IMG/VR virus record: IMGVR_UViG_3300028184_000121
Location: 53,337 to 73,336 of that record
Strand: one strand, 5' to 3'
Origin: an uncultured virus (IMG/VR IMGVR_UViG_3300028184_000121)
Taxonomy: Duplodnaviria; Heunggongvirae; Uroviricota; Caudoviricetes
Length of the DNA: 20,000 bases
The position numbers and the translations under genes are program-made. Positions within the stretch are counted from its first letter, which is position 1. Each line of letters starts with the position of its first letter. This document shows positions 1 through 8,748 of the stretch, in pieces. The notes beneath the pieces were generated by a model. It ran no database searches. It saw only the letters and a program-made list of their open reading frames with translations, and was not told the origin of the DNA.

Positions 1-1304
1 GATACTGTAACTGTATCTCCGTAATGTAAATTCATCTTACTAAATCTCTCATAAGATGATAGTGTACTATGATTGTGGATTGTACCATTTAGTTCAATCG
101 GATCATAGAAAAGGATCGGTGTTAATAATCCTGTACGACCTACGGTTACTTCGAATCCTTTAACAGTCGTCTGCACTTCATCGGGTGGATACTTGTAAGC
201 TACCTGATATTTATTAATTGCATTCTTTCTTCCAAACTCATCACGAATCTCATCATTGATTACATCGATAACGATACCATCAATTGCGAATCCTAAGTCT
301 GGACGCTTTACTCGAATGTCTGCTATGAAGTCATGAATCTTAGCCATCGCTTCTTTTACCGATGTTACTTCTAACTCAATAAATGATAGTGCTAAGTTCT
401 GTGCAAACATTTTGTTTATTACCGCATAGGATACTTCCTCATCGGTATCTGTTACGGCATACAATGGAACTGGTGTTAAGTACTTTGCATACTTGGCTCC
501 ATTACTAGCTGATACAATACTAACTGCCGCGCTTCGACAGTTTGCATAACTCTTTCCTCGTTCTTCCATGTATAAATCACGGTTTGCTTTTGTTACAATT
601 AACTCTGTCTTCAATCCGAAGTTTAACCCCATTTCATTTAAGGCATTCGGATATCTTACATTTGTAAATAAGTGTGTTAGGTCTGTTCCATTACCATCAT
701 CACCACGAGTGATTGCTGATACAACTTTACCTGTTACACTATCTATTTCTAAGATGACAGATACGCCATCATACTTTAATGATAATCTGATACGAAGAGG
801 TCCACGGCTTCTAGCCATCCAACTTCTAATGAAGGATTCAACATCTTTCGTACCTTCTTTCCTTTGTGTGTTATCTGCTGTATAGATAAAATGAGCCTTG
901 TCTAATGTACCACGTAATAGTGGAAACTCATGTGTCGTATCTTTCGTACGTCTACCAACAAATAATGTAGCCTCAATTGGCTCAGCGCGATAAGACTTAA
1001 ATTTATCTAATGTTATGTCATATATCTTATCGCTTACAAACTCCTTTCCATTTTCGTATATGATTTTTAATGCCTTGATAATGTCTTCAACACTATCAAG
1101 CATTTCATCTATTTTCTTTTCTTTACCTTCTTTAACGAAGCGTTCCATATATAATTCAACGCCCGCTTTCTTCAGCGTATTCTTCGCTTGACGTAGCTTT
1201 CCTTTCTTTGCAAGCTTCAATGCTTTTGCAAATAATTCTTCAGGAGCTACTGTTAGTTCATCTGGCTTAATTCGTTTGACTCTCGCTACTCTAATTTCAG
1301 TCAT
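1..1304 (-). CDS. ligA: NAD-dependent DNA ligase (5' part; 3' end runs off the window)
   Basis: Manual translation from ATG 1304 (SD AGGAGGA at 1311-1317); frame is consistent at both ends. Motifs: domain Ia-like IYENGKEFVSDKIYD, adenylation motif SLKYDGVS, TRGDDGNGTDLT, ANCRSAA, IDGIVI, VAYKYP, OB-fold VTVGRTGLLTP...GDTVTV. Confidence 0.95.
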   Translation of the reverse strand, partial: MTEIRVARVKRIKPDELTVAPEELFAKALKLAKKGKLRQAKNTLKKAGVELYMERFVKEGKEKKIDEMLDSVEDIIKALKIIYENGKEFVSDKIYDITLDKFKSYRAEPIEATLFVGRRTKDTTHEFPLLRGTLDKAHFIYTADNTQRKEGTKDVESFIRSWMARSRGPLRIRLSLKYDGVSVILEIDSVTGKVVSAITRGDDGNGTDLTHLFTNVRYPNALNEMGLNFGLKTELIVTKANRDLYMEERGKSYANCRSAAVSIVSASNGAKYAKYLTPVPLYAVTDTDEEVSYAVINKMFAQNLALSFIELEVTSVKEAMAKIHDFIADIRVKRPDLGFAIDGIVIDVINDEIRDEFGRKNAINKYQVAYKYPPDEVQTTVKGFEVTVGRTGLLTPILFYDPIELNGTIHNHSTLSSYERFSKMNLHYGDTVTV

Positions 1305-1364
1305 TGTTATTCCTCCTCTATGTAGCTTTATACATTAGTAGCTTTTGGATTCATTATCCAATCT

Positions 1365-1380
1365 CACCTATATAATGTAT
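1365..1380 (-). promoter_or_regulatory. Putative early (virion-RNAP-type) promoter ATACATTATATAGGTG
   Basis: Copy of the motif found 7 times, each at the head of a minus-strand transcription unit. Confidence 0.6.
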
Positions 1381-1424
1381 AATCAAATTAAATGTTGAAT
1401 TTATTGTTATTGTATAAAAATGAC

Positions 1425-1455
1425 AAAAAATAAAGATAGGGATTTCTCCCTATCT
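1425..1455 (-). terminator. Intrinsic terminator
   Basis: Stem AGATAGGGA/TCCCTATCT with GAAA loop, then a U-tract on the minus strand, just after the stop at 1460. Confidence 0.85.
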
Positions 1456-1459
1456 CGTA

Positions 1460-1936
1460 CTATTGTAGACGGATGTTTACGTCTAAGTATTGCCCTGGTC
1501 CCATTTTAATAGGTTCCAATTCGATTGCAGTATACTTGTTTTCTACAATACAAGTTACTCCATTATGATATGAATGACGTTCTTTATTAAGTAACCCGAT
1601 ATCCGCCATCACATTCAATATTCTATAATAGTAATTTCTAGTTGTATCAGATGATGCTTTTGCACGTTTTAATGGATTCACATCAGCTAGTTCGCGAGAA
1701 GTAGCATACCCTTTACGTACCATATCTAATACTGTTTTATAATTATTTGGTAGATAGTTTTCATTACGAGTTAAACGAACTAAGTTTATCTTACTCGTTA
1801 ACCCACCTTTAATTAATAAACCTGCTTTACGTTTACGTACTGATACTGTTTTGATAGCATCTACTTTTTGTACGGAAACTTTCTTTGTAGTCTTTCTAGT
1901 TGTTGCTTTAGCCTCTTTATTTGTTTTAGTAGCCAT
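1460..1936 (-). CDS. Basic protein with probable C-terminal winged helix-turn-helix (DNA-binding)
   Basis: ATG 1936 with SD GGAGAGGGG. Lys/Thr-rich N-tail. Pattern VLDMVRKGYATSRELAD...YYYRILNVMADIGLLNKERH...ENKYT is typical of wHTH (helix-helix-recognition helix-GL[LI]-wing). Confidence 0.6.
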   Translation of the reverse strand: MATKTNKEAKATTRKTTKKVSVQKVDAIKTVSVRKRKAGLLIKGGLTSKINLVRLTRNENYLPNNYKTVLDMVRKGYATSRELADVNPLKRAKASSDTTRNYYYRILNVMADIGLLNKERHSYHNGVTCIVENKYTAIELEPIKMGPGQYLDVNIRLQ

Positions 1937-2023
1937 TGTTAATGGTCCCCTCTCCACTTTTTATATCTGAGTATATTAATTATAAGTTCTAATTTTTTAA
2001 GAGAAAAGTGTTACTTCTTTATA

Positions 2024-3067
2024 TTAAATAACATTTGGTACTACTACATATAATGTAGGATACCCTGCAACATAACCATCATTAATAGTCATAGAGTCCA
2101 TATCAAAATCAAGTAAATGTGGTATCACAAGACTATTAACTCGGATAAATTGTTTTGCTGTTTCTTCTAAGTTTGTACGCATAATCTCAAATGTTTCACG
2201 AGAGTATGTCGCCGGAGCTGCTAATGTTAATTTAAGGAAATAGCTAGTCGGCTCTGCAATATGACTTCTCGTTTCAAGATATTTGTACACGCCCCCATCA
2301 CCAGGTTTAATTTTTGATATAAGCGCTCCTTGTACGACAGCTTTTGTTATAACTTTATCTGACACTTTAACCTGAGATGCAAAGTCTGCGGACAATGGTG
2401 TCCATAGCATACGAGCATCAGGTAAAACCGCAGCTGGGCTATCAGACTGTACCCATATTTCAAAATCATGGAAACCTTTTAATTTTGTTACTTTATTGGC
2501 TCTCATTAGAGCTTCTTCTTTTTCTACTTCTACACGTTTTAATGCATTGCGTAATACTAATTTTGCATTAAGTACTCCTGCATGATCCGGCATTCCGTTA
2601 ACTGGAACCAAACCAAATTCATACCAAGAGACAACACCTACCGCTGCAAATTCATCTTGACTGAATAGTTCGATTAAATGCTTATCATTCAGTTTATCGA
2701 ATTCACTAAACGTCATAAGTGTTGGATGCATTGCATGTAGTAATATATCTTTACCGTTTTTATCTTCAACAAATTCACGGTATATGCCATCTTTAGTATC
2801 ATTATTACGTCGAACGTTATATTCACCTCGGACAACTGCACTTACATGAATGTCTTCAGGAATCTTATATGTATCCTGTACTTCTTTACATTGCTCATCT
2901 GTTACACCCATTGTACGATAAGATGCCGCAGGCAATGATAATCCTTTTTTAAATGATCCACTTGTAGCCTTTACAGGTAAATCATATTCTGTAAATTTTA
3001 ATGCCATATCATCTACCTGTAGTAGATGTGGTCTAATATGCTTTACAGATACATTCTTTCTAACCAT
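2024..3067 (-). CDS. Hypothetical phage protein, 347 aa
   Basis: Long ORF with SD GAGGAGG. No recognised family. Ends in LYVVVP, reminiscent of the array motif. Confidence 0.8.
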   Translation of the reverse strand: MVRKNVSVKHIRPHLLQVDDMALKFTEYDLPVKATSGSFKKGLSLPAASYRTMGVTDEQCKEVQDTYKIPEDIHVSAVVRGEYNVRRNNDTKDGIYREFVEDKNGKDILLHAMHPTLMTFSEFDKLNDKHLIELFSQDEFAAVGVVSWYEFGLVPVNGMPDHAGVLNAKLVLRNALKRVEVEKEEALMRANKVTKLKGFHDFEIWVQSDSPAAVLPDARMLWTPLSADFASQVKVSDKVITKAVVQGALISKIKPGDGGVYKYLETRSHIAEPTSYFLKLTLAAPATYSRETFEIMRTNLEETAKQFIRVNSLVIPHLLDFDMDSMTINDGYVAGYPTLYVVVPNVI

Positions 3068-3146
3068 TATAGTTCCTCCTCAGGAAATGTATTTTCTTTC
3101 TATAATAATTAGTTGTCATTATTTTTATTTATTACCAAATATATGT

Positions 3147-3176
3147 AAAAAAGAAGAGTAGACCAATGGTCTACTC
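3147..3176 (-). terminator. Intrinsic terminator overlapping the RNAP subunit stop codon
   Basis: Stem GAGTAGACC/GGTCTACTC followed by TTCTTTTTT on the minus strand. Confidence 0.85.
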
Positions 3177-5231
3177 CTCATCTTCATCTTCAAATACAAC
3201 CCCGTTTAATTGAGTTTCATCAGCTACTTCTTCCCCGTCTTCAATCTCGAATTCTAATCCGATACCAATAGACTTTAAGTACACTGTTGCAATCTCTGCT
3301 GCACGGTTCTTTGCATTATCTGACATTTCAATATTCTCTAAATCTAATACATTGTTTTCATATAACTGACCTGTATCACGACGACCGATTACAGACGTAC
3401 TATATAGCATAGACATATACGCTAATAGGTCTGGTCGTTGTGTCATCAGTAAGTTAGAATACTCCATTTCCCCTACACGTACTGGTGTCTTTTGATAAAT
3501 AGAACGATGATGTTTATTTGCAATAGACTTAGATGGTAGGTCTTTACTGTTTGAGTATCCGGTACTACGAGTTGAGAACTTACCTTTCGGTGTATGTTTC
3601 AACTTCAGAATATATTTGCTTCCTACAACAACTTTGTTTAGCATTTTGATCTTGCGACCAAATTTGTTTACATAGCAAGTATATGGTTCGAATCCATACT
3701 TGTCATAAATAAACTCAAACTTATCAAGTGTCATATTATCATACATCGGTGGTTGATGTATCATGATACCATTCTTATCAATATCTTCAAAGAAGGCAAG
3801 CTTCTCATCCTCAGCTAATGGTGAATAATAGTTAATTAATGCATTAGCCTGAGTTGTATTAATATCATTAATGATATCGAATAAGAAGTTTTCTTTATCA
3901 GTTAATGATGCCATTTCTGCTAATCGTTCTCTTACTCGGTGTCCAATAAAATTTAACTCCACTTCATATAACTGACCTGGATTTAAACGGTTAACAACAC
4001 CTAGAACGTTGAATATGGCATCTACACGAAGACCTGTTTCTGTGAAAGGCATTTCATCATCAGGAACAATCTGACTGATAACCCCTTTGTCACCGAAGCG
4101 TCCTGTAAGTTTTTGTCCGATTGTAACACCAGATTCTTTCTCAACAACGAACTCAATAACCATGTTACTGAATGTTGAGTTATTGCTATCTTTCCAACTA
4201 CAAGTTGGGTCTAAGATATCTTTCGAACGCTTGTACATAAAGTCTAGGTCTTCTGTATATTGACCAGTCTTCATAATCTCTCCAAGCGTTTGTACGACTT
4301 CTCTATGATAACGTAATTCATTATCGTAGTATTTCATAATTTGTTTATTGTACTTTGCTTTTGGAATTTCGTCATATGGTTTATTACAATAGATATTAAT
4401 ATCAACTACTTTTCCTTGTGCATAGAACGTTGTATCATTTCTAAAGTTAGGCTTCTGCATATTTTCATACTTTAAATCATATAGAGATTGAGAGTATGTA
4501 ATTCGACGCTTACAAGCCAAGATTGTATCTTTATTAATCATCTCTCCAATATCAGGGAATGCTCGATATCCATCTTCCCCTCCATACATATTGATGAGAA
4601 GGTCATTATCATTTAGTGAGATGCGAACGTTCTCTACTTCGATAGACTTTAATCCATCTCGAAGAGATTCTGATATAACAATCGCATCCTCTATCGTTCG
4701 GTTATCAATACCATACATACAGTTTACATTGATACCATAACGATAGTTCATATTTTCATCAAATGAAGTACTGCTAAATAATACTTCACCTGCTTCAATT
4801 GTATCATCTATTTCCTTTGAGTCTAATTTCTGAGTATTATATTTATACCCGTAAGACTCTGTTAAGCGTTCATTACTTCTCTTTTCAATAACATCGAACT
4901 TTTGTGTTTCTGTATTGAATACGAGTAATGTATATAAGTGGTCAGGATTATCTTCAAACTTCTGAATTTTTCCTACCACGACTAATTGTGCTTCCGCTCG
5001 ATAATAAGCAGAACTAAATTCTCCAACTATATTCTCATAGTTGGTATACATCTTCGGAATCTCTGGATTCAGTAGAACTACGTTCTGATCTAACTGACTA
5101 CTTACCATGATTGCACGAGATGAGTTTGTACGATTCGCCATCGTCAATACATTCTTTCCTAGAATGTCATCTTTTCCTTCATACTTTCGATCTAACTCTA
5201 GCATCTGCTCTTTAATGTTTTTAATTGACAT
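3171..5231 (-). CDS. rpoB: Phage multisubunit RNA polymerase, beta subunit C-terminal part (probably non-virion RNAP, AR9 gp089-like)
   Basis: Beta motifs: SSRAIMVSSQLDQ (cf. RALMGANMQRQ), TIEDAIVISES, GQKLTGRFGDKGVISQIVPDDEMP, DAIFNVLGVVNRLNPGQLYE, YILKLKH..KFSTRSTG, RVGEME. At 686 aa it covers only the C-terminal half of beta, as in the split RNAPs of phiKZ/AR9. The non-virion assignment is from recalled similarity. Confidence 0.93.
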   Translation of the reverse strand: MSIKNIKEQMLELDRKYEGKDDILGKNVLTMANRTNSSRAIMVSSQLDQNVVLLNPEIPKMYTNYENIVGEFSSAYYRAEAQLVVVGKIQKFEDNPDHLYTLLVFNTETQKFDVIEKRSNERLTESYGYKYNTQKLDSKEIDDTIEAGEVLFSSTSFDENMNYRYGINVNCMYGIDNRTIEDAIVISESLRDGLKSIEVENVRISLNDNDLLINMYGGEDGYRAFPDIGEMINKDTILACKRRITYSQSLYDLKYENMQKPNFRNDTTFYAQGKVVDINIYCNKPYDEIPKAKYNKQIMKYYDNELRYHREVVQTLGEIMKTGQYTEDLDFMYKRSKDILDPTCSWKDSNNSTFSNMVIEFVVEKESGVTIGQKLTGRFGDKGVISQIVPDDEMPFTETGLRVDAIFNVLGVVNRLNPGQLYEVELNFIGHRVRERLAEMASLTDKENFLFDIINDINTTQANALINYYSPLAEDEKLAFFEDIDKNGIMIHQPPMYDNMTLDKFEFIYDKYGFEPYTCYVNKFGRKIKMLNKVVVGSKYILKLKHTPKGKFSTRSTGYSNSKDLPSKSIANKHHRSIYQKTPVRVGEMEYSNLLMTQRPDLLAYMSMLYSTSVIGRRDTGQLYENNVLDLENIEMSDNAKNRAAEIATVYLKSIGIGLEFEIEDGEEVADETQLNGVVFEDEDEE

Positions 5232-5278
5232 TTTAAAATCACACTCCCTATAGTTATGATGTTATAGTTTACATCATT

Positions 5279-5294
5279 CGCTACTATAATGTAT
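5279..5294 (-). promoter_or_regulatory. Putative early promoter ATACATTATAGTAGCG
   Basis: Recurrent motif, located between the upstream terminator and the RNAP subunit RBS. Confidence 0.6.
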
Positions 5295-5327
5295 ATTTAT
5301 AGAAGGAGTGAATATTTACTATGAACC

Positions 5328-5361
5328 CAAAAAAAAATAAGGGTAAGCTTTTGCTTACCCT
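5328..5361 (-). terminator. Intrinsic terminator
   Basis: Stem AGGGTAAGC/GCTTACCCT followed by a long U-tract on the minus strand. Confidence 0.9.
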
Positions 5362-5372
5362 CCCCCTAATCA

Positions 5373-5879
5373 TTAAACGATGTCAAATAACTTCGTAATG
5401 ATTTCTATCTCTTTATCCATTTTATATGGTTGACCCTCTGGTAAGTAGATTGCAACTTCTTTATGCATCTTATCAAAGTTAGGGTCTTTACTTGTAATCT
5501 CAATTACTGCTACTTCATCAACTGAGAAGTTTGGTAATTGTAATTTACTTTCAGCTTGACTATAGAAAGTAGCTTCCTTCTCAATCTTCTTACCTACTTC
5601 TACATTACCTACGATTACACGGCAATATTGTTTTACGTAAGTTGGTACTGTGTTACCTGCTTTAGATTTAGTAATATCTTTATCAAAACATTTTTCAGCA
5701 AATTTCTTTGAAGTTTCATATACGTTAATTCTGTATTGTTCCATCACATCCATATTACTCACTACAGCTTCAATCTGAGATTTAGTTAATGCACCTCGCG
5801 TACGCTTGATAATCGTTCCGATTAAAATCGCCTTTCGTTCCGCCATATTAAGTGTTTTATAATTTTTTAATTCCGACAT
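5373..5879 (-). CDS. Paralog-array member (LHIYIP family), 168 aa
   Basis: SD AGGAGG. Motifs LTKSQIEAV, INVYE, CRVIVGNVEVG, EVAIYLP. Confidence 0.8.
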   Translation of the reverse strand: MSELKNYKTLNMAERKAILIGTIIKRTRGALTKSQIEAVVSNMDVMEQYRINVYETSKKFAEKCFDKDITKSKAGNTVPTYVKQYCRVIVGNVEVGKKIEKEATFYSQAESKLQLPNFSVDEVAVIEITSKDPNFDKMHKEVAIYLPEGQPYKMDKEIEIITKLFDIV

Positions 5880-5901
5880 TGTTAAAATTCCTCCTAATTA
5901 G

Positions 5902-6426
5902 TTATGTTAAACAAACGTGTAATTCATAATGTAAACTTATTGGTTGTTCTTCTCTCGTTACTTCCCTAACGATCATAGTTGCAAATAAGTTACGTGTACC
6001 AAAATCTTCTATGTTTCCAATTTCAAATGTTTTACCCTCGACGATATTTACACCTTCGATGATTTCTGTATCATAATTATAACCATATCCATATGCTTGG
6101 AATGATGCTTTTGCTTTTGCTTTTGTTATTTTAATATCTCCGATTATCACTACAGGCATAGCCACATGACGGATTGTTACTTCTTTTCCATCCTCCATCA
6201 TTGTATATGTGAAGTCTCTTCCTGTACATGCATTTGATAGGAACTTGCGATATGCAGGACCTCTTTCTGCGGCATCAGCATAAATGTGTACTGCATCAAT
6301 ATGATGTGTTGTGAAAACACCTATGAATGCTGATCTATCTCCGTCTCCTAATTCTAATCTACTAATCCCAAAAGGTCTTGGTCCAAATATTGATAAGAAT
6401 GCTTCTTCATGTTTTAATGTAGTCAT
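5902..6426 (-). CDS. Paralog-array member, 174 aa
   Basis: SD AAGGGGG. Motifs VHIYAD, FLSNACT, VVIIGDI, ELHVCL. Confidence 0.8.
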   Translation of the reverse strand: MTTLKHEEAFLSIFGPRPFGISRLELGDGDRSAFIGVFTTHHIDAVHIYADAAERGPAYRKFLSNACTGRDFTYTMMEDGKEVTIRHVAMPVVIIGDIKITKAKAKASFQAYGYGYNYDTEIIEGVNIVEGKTFEIGNIEDFGTRNLFATMIVREVTREEQPISLHYELHVCLT

Positions 6427-6439
6427 TATTATTTCCCCC

Positions 6440-6994
6440 TTATTTTATCCCTCTGTAGTTGTAACACAATTCCATAACGGTATCTGGTATATAGACATGT
6501 AACCTGGACTTAATATCCGAATCAGTTACTTCTTCATTTTCCAGAGTCTGATAGGAATGTGTGACTCGAATGATTAAAATATTCTCATGGAGATTTTTAG
6601 GGTCATAGTCTTTTGACTCACCTCTGACATCGATATCAACATCCACACATCGACCACTATTGAATGGATCGAATATAACCGCCGCATTTACATGTGTGTC
6701 TGGAATCTTGATGTCTTTTGGAATGAGTAACCATTCCGGTGTTACCTTTTGCTTTATTTCTAATGTCCCACCATCAAGCTTGTATATGCCATCTCTTTTT
6801 GTGGTAGCGTGCATAGTGAATACAGGATACTCCTTGTATCCCATGTATACCGCTACATCATCTATAATATTACTGAACTGCAATTGATGCCGTAGAACTG
6901 CAATTACATTCTCAGCTGGTTGAAATCCTCTAATTCCCAAAATCACATTACTGTCTAATGATTGTAAAGCCACCTCTTTAGTTAGAATAGTCAT
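6440..6994 (-). CDS. Paralog-array member, 184 aa
   Basis: SD AAAGAGG. Motifs VAVYMG, FTMHAT, RLHVYIP. Confidence 0.8.
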   Translation of the reverse strand: MTILTKEVALQSLDSNVILGIRGFQPAENVIAVLRHQLQFSNIIDDVAVYMGYKEYPVFTMHATTKRDGIYKLDGGTLEIKQKVTPEWLLIPKDIKIPDTHVNAAVIFDPFNSGRCVDVDIDVRGESKDYDPKNLHENILIIRVTHSYQTLENEEVTDSDIKSRLHVYIPDTVMELCYNYRGIK

Positions 6995-7064
6995 TTTTAA
7001 TAACCTCTTTCTATTATATTATCGGATGGAGTTTTATCTCCATCCGGTGTTACCATTGATAAAC

Positions 7065-7565
7065 CTATATACGATTATTAGGAATATAAATGTGTAATTC
7101 TTTGAGGTCATGTTCTTGCCCATCGTCATTCGTTCCATAACGATTTACCTGAACAATTTGTAACTTGCTTTCATTTAAAGTTCCTTGTACATGAGGTCGT
7201 TCGACTTCTCCTATACGTGGATGCTCCATAAGACAATCATAGGCTACATCCGCAAACTCTAATGAACCGCATGTAGCTTCTCCGTATAATACATAATTTG
7301 CTGTAGCATACGTAATTTTAGTATCTGGTTCAGTCACTGATACATATTTTACTAACATACGAGTTAAAGCATTATCTATAAACTTTTGTGTTTTAGAATA
7401 CGCTTCATTTCGATCCGAGTATATATGAACTAAGTCAAATTTTTCTTTGTGTAATGTTGCGAGTAGAACGTGTAATTCATTATGCATTAACATAAAGTCT
7501 TTTAAACCTAATACGTTCGGTGAGAATAGTGAGTGTAATGTTTCATCATGTGATAGTGTTTTCAT
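7065..7565 (-). CDS. Paralog-array member (start revised to MKTLSH...)
   Basis: ATG 7565 with SD GAGGAGA. Motifs VHIYSD, FIDNAL, YVLYGE, ELHIYIPNNRI. Confidence 0.8.
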   Translation of the reverse strand: MKTLSHDETLHSLFSPNVLGLKDFMLMHNELHVLLATLHKEKFDLVHIYSDRNEAYSKTQKFIDNALTRMLVKYVSVTEPDTKITYATANYVLYGEATCGSLEFADVAYDCLMEHPRIGEVERPHVQGTLNESKLQIVQVNRYGTNDDGQEHDLKELHIYIPNNRI

Positions 7566-7611
7566 TGTAATATCTCTCCTCAAATAAATTAGTAGGATAA
7601 AGCTTTTAGCT

Positions 7612-8082
7612 TTATCCCTGTTCTGCTTGCAGAATGCGATTCTCTGGAATGTGTATATACATAATACTTCCATCGCCTCTATATTTCATTTTGTCAGCAT
7701 GTATAACTCCAACTAAATCTTCTGCTAGGGTCATAGTAAACTGATTAGAATCAACGAAGCATTCGCTTCGTTTTTCACTATTGGGTTGATACTTTGGATA
7801 GACTGAGTCTTCCACTTTTCCTACTGACACGTTACCTGATAAGACTTTAATACGACGCATTTCCATTCGGTCAGACGTTTGTTTAAAGTTACTGTCATAG
7901 CACGCTAGTTTCTTGAATGGCGATAACTCTCCATTCCCAAAGAAGAAGCGAACTCCTGTGATATCATCATTCTTCTTTAAGTGTGAAACTAATACTTTCT
8001 TTTCTGAATCTTTCATTAATCCGCCATGCGGGATCATAGATTCATTGTACTTCATAAGTTCTTCTCTTACGTATAATTCCAT
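7612..8082 (-). CDS. Paralog-array member, 156 aa
   Basis: SD AAGGAG. Motifs VRFFFG, FKKLAC, IKVLSGNVSVG, MYIHIPENRI. Confidence 0.8.
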   Translation of the reverse strand: MELYVREELMKYNESMIPHGGLMKDSEKKVLVSHLKKNDDITGVRFFFGNGELSPFKKLACYDSNFKQTSDRMEMRRIKVLSGNVSVGKVEDSVYPKYQPNSEKRSECFVDSNQFTMTLAEDLVGVIHADKMKYRGDGSIMYIHIPENRILQAEQG

Positions 8083-8097
8083 TTCTTAGCTCCTTAT

Positions 8098-8152
8098 CTC
8101 CATACCTTATAAGTATGGGGGAGGGTTGTTATGGACAACCCTAAAACCTTTA
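8098..8152 (-). repeat. Double-hairpin leader element, copy A
   Basis: AAGGTT-TT-AGGGTTG[TCCATAA]CAACCCT, then hairpin CCATAC..GTATGG, then the SD. Confidence 0.8.
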
Positions 8153-8164
8153 TTAATGGCTTAC

Positions 8165-8203
8165 TCACTAATATAATGTATGACTGAATACACATTTGTT
8201 ACG
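8165..8203 (-). promoter_or_regulatory. Bipartite early promoter CGTAACAA-N14-ATACATTATATTAGTGA
   Basis: Same two elements and spacing as at 11539-11577 and 14020-14058. Confidence 0.7.
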
Positions 8204-8207
8204 TTTT

Positions 8208-8747
8208 TTATTCTACTGGAATTGTAGGGTTAATATTAGGCTGATATACATGTAGTTCATTATACACTTCATCATGCTCTTTTCCTGTAGTTAACTCTTT
8301 TACGCAACGAGTAATTGTTCTAATAAAGATATGAGGCTTCTCAATATCAAAGTTCTCAAATTCTTTATCTGTATCAGCAATGAGAGTCTGACGTGTTTTA
8401 CCAAAAATAGTCTCTACTGTCTGGCGAATATGCTTATCACCAAATTCAATATCACTATCAATAGCCTTTACAAAGATACTTGACATCTCCATACACTCAT
8501 CATTTTTACCGTAATACTTTTCATTATATAATACGTCAGTGATAGACATTTCTTGAGAGTTAATATCATCTTTATGATGATATACAAAACGAAGAAACTT
8601 ATCAGATGATAAGTTCTTCAGTAATGTAGCTGTAATATTTCTATCCATTTCCGATATGATATTATTCTCTACCATGTGATCATATCGTGCTTGCATTGTT
8701 TTTATTAATTGACCAATATGTTCTAGTCCGTCTCCAAATATATGCAT
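8208..8747 (-). CDS. Paralog-array member (start revised to MHIFG...)
   Basis: ATG 8747 with SD GAGGAGA. Motifs IISEMDRNI, LRFVYH, ELHVYQP. Confidence 0.78.
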   Translation of the reverse strand: MHIFGDGLEHIGQLIKTMQARYDHMVENNIISEMDRNITATLLKNLSSDKFLRFVYHHKDDINSQEMSITDVLYNEKYYGKNDECMEMSSIFVKAIDSDIEFGDKHIRQTVETIFGKTRQTLIADTDKEFENFDIEKPHIFIRTITRCVKELTTGKEHDEVYNELHVYQPNINPTIPVE

Positions 8748-8748
8748 A

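Noticed and set aside
568..885. 105-aa plus-strand ORF
   Set aside because: Antisense shadow of ligA with no RBS.
3171..5231. Intron or intein in the RNAP subunit (also considered for ligA and recA)
   Set aside because: The ORFs are continuous, of about the expected length, and show no evident intein or homing-endonuclease motifs.
8098..8152. Leader as a preQ1-I riboswitch, pistol ribozyme or HDV-like ribozyme
   Set aside because: AAGGUU.. resembles them only superficially; the required pairings and conserved tails are not present by eye. An Rfam search is still needed.
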